A stretch of 63,123 bases of DNA, the filler included, from Neolecta irregularis DAH-3 (Eukaryota), in assembly GCA_001929475.1 (NCBI GenBank). It is 8 parts of 8 records of this genome, joined end to end, with 100 filler letters (N's around TTAATTAATTAA, not from the genome) between each part and the next. Parts side by side here need not be neighbours in the genome. Positions count along the whole stretch, not along the records: positions 31,029 to 55,467 come from LXFE01000214.1; positions 55,568 to 58,190 come from LXFE01002652.1; positions 58,291 to 60,090 come from LXFE01002667.1; positions 60,191 to 63,123 come from LXFE01002669.1; 4 more parts are not named here. One strand, written 5' to 3'. A model generated the notes under the pieces. That model searched no databases and was not told the origin of the DNA. It saw nothing but the letters and a program-made list of their open reading frames with translations. The position numbers and the translations under genes are program-made. Positions 50,819 through 62,467 of this stretch are shown here, piece by piece (positions within the stretch are counted from its first letter, which is position 1; the number at the start of each line of letters is the position of its first letter).

Positions 50819-52532
50819 ATGGCAGTTCTTGCTCTTTTAGGCACCATCTTGGTTGCTGTATTTGTTGGATATTTGCTACTGAATGAAGTTTGGAGAACAA
50901 ATGTTCGAGTTAAAGGCATCCCGGGTCCTCAAGGTTTGCCATTGGTAGGAAATCTCCACCAGGTATACATCTTTTTAGTTAGCTCTATTTATAGTCTGAA
51001 GATTCGGGGAAGAAATGCCGCTGAAGTTTATCGCAAATGGGCAAAGAAATTTGGTTCAGGTTGTCATTACCACCTGTAAAGTCGTATTAATCTTCAGTTT
51101 ATCAAATTCAACTTGGCAATGTCCCGGTCATCATCGTCTCTTCTGTCAAGGCTGCTCGAGAAATATTCATTGGACAAGGCAGTGCCCTGATTTCCCGTCC
51201 AATGTTTTATACTTTCCACAAGGTACGTCTATTACAGTTGATCTAACTGATGATGGGTTGTTTCTTCCACATCAGCATTCAGTATTGGTACTTCTCCGTG
51301 GGATGAGTCGGCCAAACGACGAAGAAAGGCGGCATCGACAGCTCTTAATCGTCCTGCAGTGCAATCTTATATTCCGTTCCTTGATCTCGAAACAAAAGAC
51401 TTTATCACAGATCTTTATGAACGAGGATTTAAAGGTGAGAGAGCAGTGGACTGCATGCCCATGGTTCAACGATTGTCTCTCAACATGAGCCTTACTCTCA
51501 ATTATGGTACTCGAATCTCATCTATCGATGATGCTCTTTTTGAAGAGATCACAGAAGTCGAAGAATGGATTTCCAAGTTTAGAAGTACCACGGGAAACCT
51601 TCAAGATTACATTCCTCTTGTCCGCTTGAATCCATTAAATGCACATTCAAAATTGGCCTCTGAAATGAGGGACCGCCGAGATATTTATCTTACTAGACTT
51701 AATCGAGAGCTCCAGGAACGTATTGGGAACGGCACGGACAAACCCTGTATTCAGGGCAATGTTCTCAAGGACCCTGAAGCACAGTTGGACGAAAAGGAAC
51801 TAATGAGTATCAGTATTACAATGATTTCAGGAGGCCTCGATACCATTACCACCACTCTCGGGTGGATTGTTGGATTCCTTGCTCGACACCCAGAGGTCCA
51901 AGAAAAAGCTTTTCAAGAAATAATCAGTGCCTATGATACCGACTTCTGGGGCGACGAAACCGAGGAGAAGATCCCGTACATCACGGCTTTCGTCAAAGAA
52001 ACTTTACGATATTTTACAGTTTTGAGATTAGCTTTGCCTAGAGAATCCTTCAAGGATATTGAATATGAAGGAATGAAAATTCCCAAAGGGACCTGTGTAT
52101 TCCTAAACGCTTGGGGATGTAATCGAGGTAAGCAACAAATTTGCAGAGGTACTGATTTCACATTAGATGATGAAGCATTCGAAGATCCATTTGAATTCCG
52201 ACCTGAACGATTCTTGACAGAATCTTCTGGGACGGCACATTTCGCTTATGGAGCGGGCACAAGAATGTGTGCTGGATCATTACTCGCAAACAGAGAGTTG
52301 TATATTGTATTCAGTAAGTTGAATAATTACTGACCGTGGCTAATTTTAAGTGCGAATGTTATGGGCTTTCAAGATTGAGCTATCAGAAGATCCGAAAGAA
52401 CGCGATTTCAATATTGATCCTGTCGAGGGTTCAGTTGATCCCACTAGTCTTGTCACTCTCCCACCGAGGTTCAAAGTTCGGTTTGTACCAAGAAATGAGC
52501 ATTATTTGTTGAAATTGATTAAAAAAGGATAG
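50819..52532 (+). CDS. Cytochrome P450, CYP504-like (phenylacetate/hydroxyphenylacetate hydroxylase family)
   Basis: N-terminal TM anchor, PGPQGLPLVGNL, SIGTSPWDES, FRSTTGNLQDYIPL, SGGLDT, KETLRYFTV, PERF and the heme motif FAYGAGTRMCAG. Confidence 0.9.
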
Positions 52533-53127
52533 TACAAGAGGACAGTTAAATACAGATAAAAGACATGCGTGGAAACTATAATCCTGGTCCTTCTCCAAAA
52601 TTCTCACCAACTTGTCAGCTTTGGGTTAGACCTTGGAACCATTCTTAGGATTGCAGCCGATCATATTCGGCACCCGGTCAATCGCAGGTTTGTTCTCCAG
52701 TCATATCTGAGATTGTTAAAAATTCAAACTAATTAAATCAGTCCTCAATCCCATCAGTCAAAGTTTGGGTTACCGGATTTGTGCAGGATAGATTAATGTG
52801 CTAACCTTTGATCTAGGGAACCCAAGGGTAAGTGGTTAGATCATCTTACCATATATGATTAGATCTGTTTCCTTACTTTTCTCCGGCCTTGCGCACTACT
52901 CAATACTTGCTTTGGCACTGTGAGACTAGAATAAGATAAGATGTTCGTATCATTATATTGTAATATATATACGCCTCCTATCCTTGATGAATAAGTGGTT
53001 AAGTGAAGAATCTGGCAACACTAGGTATCAATTAATTACAGCAGAACTTCTATTGCCTACCATAAACTCCTTCGAATAGAAAAACACTAAACGCAAAGCC
53101 AGGGAAATTGCATGAAAAATAATCTAC

Positions 53128-54048
53128 TCAACGAATTTCATTGTATGTAGCTGTCAAATAACCCTTGATTCGATCACACGCTGCTCGAAACTTTTCTTTA
53201 TCGATTCTACCACTCTCTTGGATCTCGGAAGATAGCGAATGCAGAAGCCTTTCAATTTTTCCGAACCGATAGAATACCCACTGAGTGTAAAGTTCGTTGG
53301 GATTGCTGAGTGGTCGAGCTAGATTTAAGGAAGAGTCGTCGAAAATCCTTGGATCAGATAGTGTGAATGCAGTAGACATAGTTATTCGCTCAGCCCCATT
53401 TTTTGATGCGACAGACATCATTTGGAGGAGTCGGCTTTGAATGAGGATTGCATAACCCTAAACTATCAACTCCTCAACACGGAGGGGTATTTACTTGTTT
53501 TGGAGGCTCTAGCGTGTATAACCTTCCGCGATTGTCCTGGATCAGAATTTCTCCGCCAATTTCAATATTCGGCGAAAGCATAATGATACAGAGAAAAGGG
53601 TATGGTTTACGATGCCACCCTTGGACAATGGAAGCATTAGGTTGCTGGATATGTGTTTCGCCAATTTCGTAATCGATAATCGGCTCCAAACCAATACCTG
53701 CAACAGACGAGAGGGCTTCAAGGACCAAGGGGTGTTTCCAGGCGGCAGTGATAAAAGGCGCAAGGTTTGGACACATTCCTCGAAGGTGCATTTGGGTTTT
53801 ATCAGCATTATACTTTTTGCAATGTTGCCAAACACCGGGACTCATTACTTCTCGTCTCCTGGATGCAGTCAACAATCAAGTCAAATATTGGGTGAATCAT
53901 ACATCTCTTCGAGTGCCTTGAGGGTGAACAGTGGAAAAGCCGATGAGTAGGCTATTGGTGACAATTCAGACGACATGCCGAAACTGCTTATAGGCGTCTT
54001 CGATTCTGGCGGCGAGAAACACAAGTGGGTATCGGGATTAAAAGACAT
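53128..54048 (-). CDS. Fungal Fe(II)/2OG-dioxygenase-like protein with degenerate metal ligands
   Basis: FNPDTHLCFSPP, SAFPLFT, LRGMCP...APFITAAWKHP, SVAGIGLEPIIDYEIG, WHRKPYPFLCIIMLS, GGE, ERITMSTAF and DDSSL. Two short introns. Confidence 0.75.
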
Positions 54049-54589
54049 GTTGGAAATTCAATGCAGTCAGTCCTCGTGAACGATAAGGCCACTACGGTAT
54101 GCAATTGATGGCGAATTTAAACTGCAAGGGTCTTATGGCAGATTTTGCTACTGCCAGCGATGACCAAATAAATTGGTCTAGAGTGTCTGTAAGTGGCAGC
54201 AGGTTTAATTTGAAAAAACCGGCCCGAGCTTCAGATGGGCCAAGCAAATTCTTAGAAGACAGGCAATTTCGCGAATCAGGGGAAGAAATATGGTCCTACT
54301 ACGTAATCTAGTGCGCTACTCTGTTGGGAGTAAGTACAGGGTTGATGACTATGACTTATACAAGAGTCATGCAGGTTGGTGCAGATTGAAGATTGGTAAA
54401 GTTGGCATATTTTTCTAGTTTTGAATAGAGAGCGTGATCTCGGAAGAGTTCTCGACCAACCATTGCGTGATGACTTGTCGGTGATTCGATAAAGCCCAGA
54501 ATTCAAGCCTGAGTAATTAAGATTCTAGAAACACCTGAACTCGGAGAGCTTCTAGATCCTTAATTGGCTTGCTGGTAGTATTTCGCCGG

Positions 54590-55120
54590 TGGAAAAGAAG
54601 GGGGCGGGCACAAGCGATTATAGATACGGCTAAAGAGTGCCAAGTTTGCGCTAGATTTCAACGGGTTAATGTGTGGGCGCAACTTTACCCCACCGTCGCA
54701 ACTATCGCCTCCCAGCAAAGCAATAGGATATGGCGGCAGCAGCCCATGTAGCGAGTCTGTATATAAGTAGTGCCCAGCCAGACTAGCTGGCTAGGCTTTC
54801 ACCTGATATTCTACATACGTAGTTACTCTTACTCATACTATCTACATCGGCATATCCAATCTAAGTCCACATCAGCACCCAACCTCAGGTCGTATGCTGA
54901 CAGTTAAACGAGTCTCGAGTTGGATCTACTACAGTTTCACTACATATTGCATCCGAGTCGAGACCGAACTGGTACCAGATAATAACCAAATGGAACTTAA
55001 CACTGAAAAGCTACTACCGATCGGGTTATGGCATTTATATATTAGCGCCAGAATGGCACTAGACGAGATCTTGATCATCCTCAGACGGAACAAGATTGAA
55101 AGATCTTTGCAACCACTTTT
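54590..55120 (+). mobile_element. Decayed retrotransposon integrase fragment, interrupted by a solo LTR
   Basis: Zn-finger half IIDTAKECQVCARFQR. After the LTR, a frameshifted HPQT..KIER motif (gatcatcctcagacggaacaagattgaaaga). Confidence 0.6.
54670..54902 (+). mobile_element. Solo LTR (233 bp) with perfect 5-bp TSD
   Basis: TG...CA termini flanked on both sides by GTTAA (54665-54669, 54903-54907). Internal tatataag. Confidence 0.85.
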
Positions 55121-55467
55121 ATGGTCAGAAGCACTGTTGAAGGTGAGATAAAGTTGGTAAAACCTTGTCTACTGAGCGACGCACAAATTCAATTCTCAAA
55201 GTCTTTGATTACCTACCTTTTACCTAGCATACAGTGGATGTTCAAGATAATTTCTATAGAACCACCAACTAACCCGATGCTGCAAGGCTTTTTAAATTGT
55301 TCTCAGAAGCATGATGTGGCAGTCTAGCCCAGGAATATCCACCTATATATAGTCTGAAACTCAAAAAGTTAATCCTGAAACACATACTAAGGCAATATAC
55401 TTGTCGCGCAGATTCCGGTTGTAGAGGTTTTCGGGGGAATTCCGATATATATCAGAATTGATTCTTA

Positions 55468-55567
55468 NNNNNNNNNNNNNNNNNNNNNNNNNNNNNNNNN
55501 NNNNNNNNNNNTTAATTAATTAANNNNNNNNNNNNNNNNNNNNNNNNNNNNNNNNNNNNNNNNNNNN
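55468..55567. other. Artificial assembly linker
   Basis: N block with a TTAATTAATTAA core. Confidence 0.97.
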
Positions 55568-55835
55568 TATATCACCAATTGCCAATACACAATATGATAT
55601 GAGAAAATTTTTATTGCATGATATGATATAATACAGACTTTTTGATATTGTGATAATATTTTGACATTTTCATATCATATTGCCATAATATAATGTGGAA
55701 TTTTTGATATTGTGATAATATTTTGACCTTTAAATATATATTGTAATGATATGATATGTACTTTTTGATATCACGATGATATTTTCACCTTTTTATATTG
55801 GGAATATCGTATCATTTATATTATTGCCAACACTG
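55568..55835 (-). mobile_element. AT-rich non-autonomous hAT-like element end with subterminal repeats
   Basis: Repeated ttttgatattgtgataatattttgac units, ending in attgccaacactg (reverse complement of CAGTGTTGGCAAT). Confidence 0.6.
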
Positions 55836-56007
55836 TGCATAGCATACTTACAATGATCAATCCATATAATTGGTCCAATCAATCTACCCTTATAGATTGG
55901 ATTGATAGTAGATATTTTTGGGATTGATAATCCAATTTATTGTTAAATATGCTGCTTGTTTTAACCTAAAATTAAGGGAAAATCTTATAACAAATATAGA
56001 AGAAAGT

Positions 56008-57688
56008 TTAAATTTTGCAAAACTTCTCTAGTACTACCATCAATCCACCAATTAAATGCATAGATCCACAAACAAAAATATCCTTAAACCCAGTTATTTG
56101 ATTAATTTCAAGAACTGCTTCCTCAATTGTAGATTTAATATGCACAAAACCCTTGCCACTTATTTTGGCCCATGTACAAGCAAGTTTGTGTTGCACTTGT
56201 AGAGACTCAACCTTGGTTTGGTCAACATTCATTGAACTTAAATCTAGACAGTCACAATGTTGTAGAAGAAAGAGAAAACCATCTTCATATCCTGTTGCTT
56301 TCCAAGTTATATTGGTACAAAAGATGACATGGTCAAACTGGACTTCAGAATCACAATGGCGATGTAAAATTTCCAGAAGGGTGGATGCATTTCGAACCGG
56401 TTGGTTGAATAGAAGAATTCTAGTTTTGCTTTGTGAACCTCTTGAGCATTAAAGCACAGATTAGGAGTAACAGGACGCACGATGAGGCTGTGCAAAACCA
56501 AGAAGCCGCTACTTCTATGCTTTCATGAGTATGAGCACCATCCAGATACCATGTTTCGGCGCCGCGGCGAATAATTTCACAACGGCCAGGGCATGAGGCT
56601 GATGCTACACCTGCAATGACTTCGGCCTGCTTGTGAAAAGGTAGATGATCATTGAGAAAACCTAATGTTTTGAAATGCTCTTTGACAAGAGCAATTGCAA
56701 GTGAAGCATTCTGCGGCTGAACGTGTCCAGAAAGACCGAGCTTCATATCCTGAGCGAGAGTAGGCTCGATTATGATGAGTGGTACCTTTAACATTGTTAA
56801 TCACGAAAACCCTAGGGGGAATAATTTACATGTTTCTCCTGAGCCCTTGCATGAATAACCTGCATAGCATCTGCAGGTTGTGGAACGGTTAGTGCTGGTC
56901 GGCCTGATTTCATGATTCCTGTTTTATGCCATGCAATTTCCTTTATACTGTTCCCCAGAATGGCAGTATGATCAAGCCCAAGATTGGTAATACCAATGCA
57001 TGTGGGTTTCTCAATCGCGTTCGTGCAATCATATTCACCTCCTATTCCAACTTCCAAAATCACTGTATCAACCTAATATGACTCAGCTCAGAACATTACA
57101 AAGATTCCAAATACTTTGAGTTCAGCAAAGACGTGCCATGCAAGAAGCGTAAGAAAACGGAAGTACCTCGGTTTTGGCAGCAGGCTGTCACTCTCGAACT
57201 GCTTTATTCGATCCCATACTTGAAAAAAGTAAAATGAAAATTCTTCTTCGCCGATCGGTTCGTTGTTGATTTGAATGCGTTCTCGCACTACTTTCAGGTG
57301 CGGCGAAGTAAAGAGACCGATTTTTGAGGGAAAGCCTCGACTGATGCGATATTTATTTAGTATCGATGAAATAAAAGCACATGTTGAGCCTTTGCCTTTA
57401 GTTCCTGACACGTGAATAACGTTCAACTTGTCCAGCTTAGAAGGCTCATAGCCTAGTCGCATAAGCCAGCCACGCATTTCTTGCATCGATGTCGCATTCA
57501 GAGCCGCCCCATCTTTGATCATTTGTTCGACGGCATCAGCATTACTCTGCAAAGAATTCAGAGCATCGATAGCGTTCTACTAGTAAGTAAACTTCACTCT
57601 GATGATCTACTTTGTATGACCTAGGACTTTCTAGTATTTTCATAGTGTGAAAGAATCTCGAGAACAAAATCGGCCGCAGGCAGTGCAT
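56008..57688 (-). CDS. MET7: Folylpolyglutamate synthase
   Basis: LNSLQSN, LNVIHVSGTKGKGSTCAF, GLFTSPHL..VRERIQIN, YFRFLTLLA, ILEVGIGGEYDCTN, WYLDGAHT and VCGSMHLIGG. Confidence 0.96.
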
Positions 57689-58190
57689 CAATAAGCAATT
57701 TTTTGCAAGGCGTTGTGGTATCAAAAGACCTGCGTCAGCTGATTATACGGTATGGTGTGGGAAGGCCGCTACGCGAGCGGTAGAAGTGTGTGAGGATGAT
57801 GGCGGGACAGCACAGGGGACCAGGGGGCAGTGCCGCGGGTGGAGAGGGCAGCTGGGATTGGAGATATCGGGTGGGAGCAGAGCCCCCGGTGCGGTGTGAG
57901 AACCTTGAATTGGCGCTCGTGATTCTCAACCCTCAGCCAAAACCTTCTCCTGCCCCAGCCCAAATCCTTTATTTTCCTACCCTTGCACAGCGGACGCATC
58001 GTCTGTTTCGGTTATCTGGCTATAACACCTCCACCCCGTATCTAGCTTATTCTCGTTTCTTCTACCGCGCGCCCCCGCCTACGTCGCTGTACTCTGCCTC
58101 GCTGGTTTCCCCGTCACCCCTGCCCTCTGTCGCACTCCACCCCCCGCCTCCTCCCGCGCCTTGCTCGTCTCTGCCCACGACGCCGGCCAT

Positions 58191-58290
58191 NNNNNNNNNN
58201 NNNNNNNNNNNNNNNNNNNNNNNNNNNNNNNNNNTTAATTAATTAANNNNNNNNNNNNNNNNNNNNNNNNNNNNNNNNNNNNNNNNNNNN
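58191..58290. other. Artificial assembly linker
   Basis: N block with a TTAATTAATTAA core. Confidence 0.97.
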
Positions 58291-58356
58291 GAACAGGACG
58301 GGAACAGGACGGGAACAGGACGGGAACAGGACGGGAACAGGACGGGAACAGGACGG
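58291..58356. repeat. Minisatellite (GAACAGGACGG)n, 6 copies visible, running into the gap
   Basis: Perfect 11-nt tandem repeat that decays to the right. Confidence 0.9.
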
Positions 58357-58583
58357 ATAACGGATGAAGAACAAACGGATAGATGTTGAGAACGGAACAA
58401 TGTTGATAAATGGGACTATCGTTTTACCCACGCAACCACCAGCATCTCGGATCTCACCACGACCACCGTTGCGCATGCTGATTGGCGTATATACATTTCT
58501 GAATGACGTCCCCCGTGCAGTCAGCTACTACCGCGCGCCGCCGATCGGCTCGTCTTTCGTTCATCAGTGGGGACACACAATAT

Positions 58584-59923
58584 ATGTCGATGCCGCCCAA
58601 GAAGCGCAAAGGGGATAATGAGACAGCAAAGGCAGCCAAGGTACGGCAATCATTTTCTGGGTGTTTACATTCAGAAAGCTAGTATTGTTGCGCGGTGGCT
58701 CGATCTGACATACAGAGGGGATAGCGGAGGACGATGACGGGTTTGTATTTACGCGTTCGAGGAATATGCAGGCGAGGAACCAGCAGGCGAGGAATCAGCA
58801 GGCGTCGTCGAGTGTCGCTCAATCTATGTGCCAGACAGCGGCAACGCGACACGGACGTACACCCGTTACTTCAAAGATATTTACATTTAGCGAAGGGGCC
58901 AAGGTATGTACTTTTGAGTGTAGAGTTGATTGCAGGTGAAAGCGGGGGTGTTTGATTCAGTGGTGCCGCTGGCGGTGGGCGAGATTTGCAGGAACAAGGA
59001 AGTGCGGAAACAGGGGCGAAGCAGTCTTGGGATGCGGGGGAAGCGGGCGAGTTCTATGGGCAATGGGTTTGTTGGTAAGGGAGAATGTGGACGAGGCTGA
59101 CGAGCAGCGCTGCCGCACCGTGATATCGGGGAGCAAGATTTTTTCAAGCACATATCTGTGGAGCTGCCTGGGCCGCTGCGGATGAAGCAGCTGCTTGCGT
59201 GGTGCGGGCGGCGGGCGCTTGACGAGATCAAGGGCGGGACGAGCGGGCACGCGGTGTCTATGGGTGAGGGAGCTGAGAGGACGCGGGTAACGGAGGCAGC
59301 GCGGGCTATTGGGGAAGAGATGCTGCGGGATCTTGTGGACAACAAGATTGGGACGAGCTGGTACAACCGGCGGGTATGGGGCGTGCCAGCGGGGCTGACG
59401 GCAGGCAGAGGCGGGCGAGCGGCCACGGCCGAGGAAGGCGCACCCGCAGAACGTGCGGTATTTGCAGCAGCTTGGGGAGTGCCGGGCGCAGCTGACGAGG
59501 TATTGCGTGAAAGGCGGGCGGGCTGACGGCAGGCTGCAGGCGGAGCACGGGGCATGGATGCGGCTGTTGGACGGGAAAGAGACGGACGAGACGGACGAGA
59601 CGGACAAGACAGACGGCGAGACGGACGGGATAACAGATCAGACAGATCGCAAAGAGACAGATCCGACAGATGGGGGCAGTAGCGGATCTGCAGAGCGGCG
59701 GGACTATCTGGCACAGGCGGGGCGCAGAGTGGAAACGCAGGTGGACCGGCTGCACGCGGCGCTGCACGCGGTCGACAACCTTGCGCGGGTGTCTGCGGCG
59801 TACGCCAGCGCGGCGGTGGAGCAGGCGGCGGCGGCGGCAGAGGCGCGCGGCACGAGAGCGCGGGCGGCGGCGGGGACGCTGGGCGTGGATGTCTGGGACG
59901 TGCTCAAGGGCATTGCGCGGTAG
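58584..59923 (+). CDS. DSN1: Kinetochore Mis12-complex subunit Dsn1/Mis13; GC-rich
   Basis: MPPKKRK start, EDDDGFVFTR, RGKRASS, DFFKHISVELPGPLRMKQLLAWCGRRAL, ARAIGEEMLRDL...SWYNR, VETQVDRLHAALH and DVLKGIAR*. Confidence 0.85.
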
Positions 59924-59930
59924 TCTGGAT

Positions 59931-60047
59931 GATAGCCGTCTGTCTGTAGTCTCTGGATGTCGTCTGTCTGTATCTCTTGAGATAGCCGTCTGTCTGTATC
60001 TCTTGAGATAGCCGTCTGTCTGTATCTCTTGAGATAGCCGTCTGTCT
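59931..60047. repeat. 26-nt tandem repeat (GATAGCCGTCTGTCTGTATCTCTTGA), about 4.5 copies
   Basis: Directly visible just after the DSN1 stop codon. Confidence 0.85.
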
Positions 60048-60090
60048 CAAGCTGGACGTGATCTCTCGCAAGCTCATCTTTGCTGGATCG

Positions 60091-60190
60091 NNNNNNNNNN
60101 NNNNNNNNNNNNNNNNNNNNNNNNNNNNNNNNNNTTAATTAATTAANNNNNNNNNNNNNNNNNNNNNNNNNNNNNNNNNNNNNNNNNNNN
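60091..60190. other. Artificial assembly linker
   Basis: N block with a TTAATTAATTAA core. Confidence 0.97.
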
Positions 60191-60294
60191 ACTTGGATAA
60201 CATCGGGGTAAACTGCGAAATGGCAGGAATACATGTGTCTGGTCAATATGATTGCCGAACTACATCGTCTGAAAGTGAACACCAGACTTACTGA
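60191..60294 (+). CDS. 3' end of a paralog of the 62468-62977 secreted protein (5' part in the gap)
   Basis: LDNIGVNCEMAGIHVSGQYD...HQTY* matches 62874-62977. The 3' flanks are also homologous (60295-60368 versus 62978-63051). Confidence 0.7.
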
Positions 60295-60709
60295 CATACT
60301 GATAATGGTACTCGCCATTGATCCATTTCAATTTTCAGAATCTACAGACGAAAGCTCGGACCCGGTGCAGGATAATTTGCCATCACCCACTCCAACTCCC
60401 AGGCCCGCTCCAGTGCCCTCACCCGCTCCAGCACCATTGCCCGCTCCAGCTCCATCTCCCACTCCAGCACCCTCCCTGCTCCAGCGCCCTTGCCAGCTCC
60501 AACTCTGTTGCCCGCTCCAACTGCCTAGTCTGCTGCAGCGCCCTCGCCAGTTTCAGGACCCCCGCCTGCTGAGACTCCCTCTCTGACTGCAACTCCCTCG
60601 CCCATGACCGCTGCAGCTCCCTCGCCTGTTGCAGCGCCCTTGACTGCCACAACACCCTCGCCTGCTGCAACGCCCTATCCCGCTGCAGCGCCCTCTCCAG
60701 TTGCAATTC

Positions 60710-61435
60710 GATGCGGCAAACTTTGGGAAGCGGTATATGGGCGAGGCCATGTACGACCAAGAGGGTACCGTACAAGATGGGTCTTCTGTTGATTTTGCAG
60801 ATGACATCTACTACCCGACTTTAACTGTTGAAGAGACTCTAAGTTTTACGTGAACATAAGTCCATGAAAGGTTTTGATGGCAAGACTCGATTGCAAAATC
60901 CTGCACAAACGTCCTAATGGCAGGTCTAAGAACGAGATCAAGTATATGATCATCGATACCCTGCTCAAAATGTTCAGTATTTCCCATACGAAGAATACCA
61001 TGGTCGGTAATGCACAAGTTCGGGGCGTATAGGGCGGAGAGCGAAAGCGAGTTAATATTGGCGAAGTGATGGTCTGCCAAACGATCTGTTCTTGGGACAA
61101 TACTACCGTGGACTGGGTATGCATCTCTTTTAATTTTGCTATTTTTACATCATAGATACTCCACTGCTCTCGATTATGCCAAATCTTTGCGAATTTTGAC
61201 CGATATACATCTACACATTACTGTGGTCTCTCTTTATCAAGCTTCGGAAAAGATTTACAAACTTTTTGACAAGGTTCTCATTGTTGACCTCAGAAAGCAA
61301 GTCTACTACGGCCCACCAAATGAAGCAAGAGTTTACTTTGAGGGCCTTGGATTTGCACCCAACCCTTGACAAACTACTGCAGATTACCTTACAGGTTGCA
61401 CCAACCCTTATGAATGGGATATCGCTGAGGGAATG
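60710..61435 (+). pseudogene. Isolated degenerate fragment of a PDR-type (ABCG) transporter NBD1
   Basis: FGKRYMGEAMYDQE, an intron, DDIYYPTLTVEETL, TKNTMVGNAQVRGV*GGERKRVNIGE, CSWDNTT, an intron, STALDYAKSLR, VSLYQASEKIYKLFDKVL, YFEGLGF and P*QTTADYLTGCT. Contains in-frame stops and frameshifts. Confidence 0.9.
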
Positions 61436-61847
61436 GATCCTTGCCAAATGGAACCCTGCTGAAGAAGTTGCTGCTTTAATCTGGTCATTCTGCCTCACTC
61501 GCTATTCCATCCATGGTGCTCCATCCTCAACTACCTCCCCCTCCCCTTCAGATCCGGCTGCATACCACACTGCCTGTTGCTTCTCCCTTAGCTTCCCCGC
61601 TGGGGCACCTGTGCTGGTATGATCTTATAAGTGCTGCAAACATCATGCTATGGATAAGAAAAGGGAATGTAGAGGGACACAAGTGCTAGAGAGCATATCA
61701 AATAGAAATCTTTGTTATCAATGCTTAGAGTCTGGGAACAATTACTATTCTACAATCTACTACTACAAAGTCTATGTAGTATCTCAATGTACAATACTTT
61801 GGCATTGGAAAGCTCAGATCAGGAAAATGGTAGTCACATGATATGTA

Positions 61848-61920
61848 TGGACCAGTCCATGGACTGGAACTGACCCTCAGAAAAGCCGATGGGCCGGACT
61901 TTGGTCCATGCCCACCACTG
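61848..61920 (-). mobile_element. Possible hAT/MITE end (reverse complement CAGTGGTGG) with subterminal palindromes
   Basis: ccagtccatggactgg palindrome and ggacc/ggtcc repeats, terminating in ccaccactg. Confidence 0.4.
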
Positions 61921-62467
61921 TCTCATCAAGAATCTTCTGATTTTTCGATTGGTTCTCAAGATAGTGCTGAAACGCCTGGATTGTAGACCGTGTAAAATAT
62001 CTCTACTGGGCTGTGTGGTTGTAAAGGATCATAGTCCTTAGCAACAGACATGATGGGGAGATGCAATTGAGAAGGTTGGTATATCTTGTAAGTGCGGAGT
62101 TGATGAGGCTGGTGGATTTGGTGGTGAGGCTGGGCGATTCCACAGGTGGGACAGAACATATTCAAATATAGCAAAAAACAAAAATGAGATAGGTAGAAGG
62201 ACATGAGGGAAGTGAGAAGCTACAGTCATTAATGTCTTTGATGGGTTGCTAGAATAGTTGAAGATCAGCCGTTGCATTTGGGAAAAAAGTCTAATTTCGG
62301 AGGTTTGGTACCGGTTCAAGACATGGTATAACATTGGCGTACACAGTTTGACTATATATCGCTGTCAAAGATATCTCAAGATAAATATATACTCATTTTG
62401 ATGCAACGAGACAAACGAAAAGCAAATTATATAAAAGGTGGTGGGATTCTTTCAATCCAAGGATCCA

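Noticed and set aside
58291-58356. Tandem repeats here and at 59931 or 27836 as a CRISPR-like array
   Set aside because: The units are head-to-tail with no unique spacers, no cas genes are present, and the context is eukaryotic.
58887-59767. Long antisense and overlapping ORFs in GC-rich islands (also 20016-20507 and 23455-24250)
   Set aside because: These are shadow frames caused by stop-codon scarcity at high GC; the true genes are on other frames.
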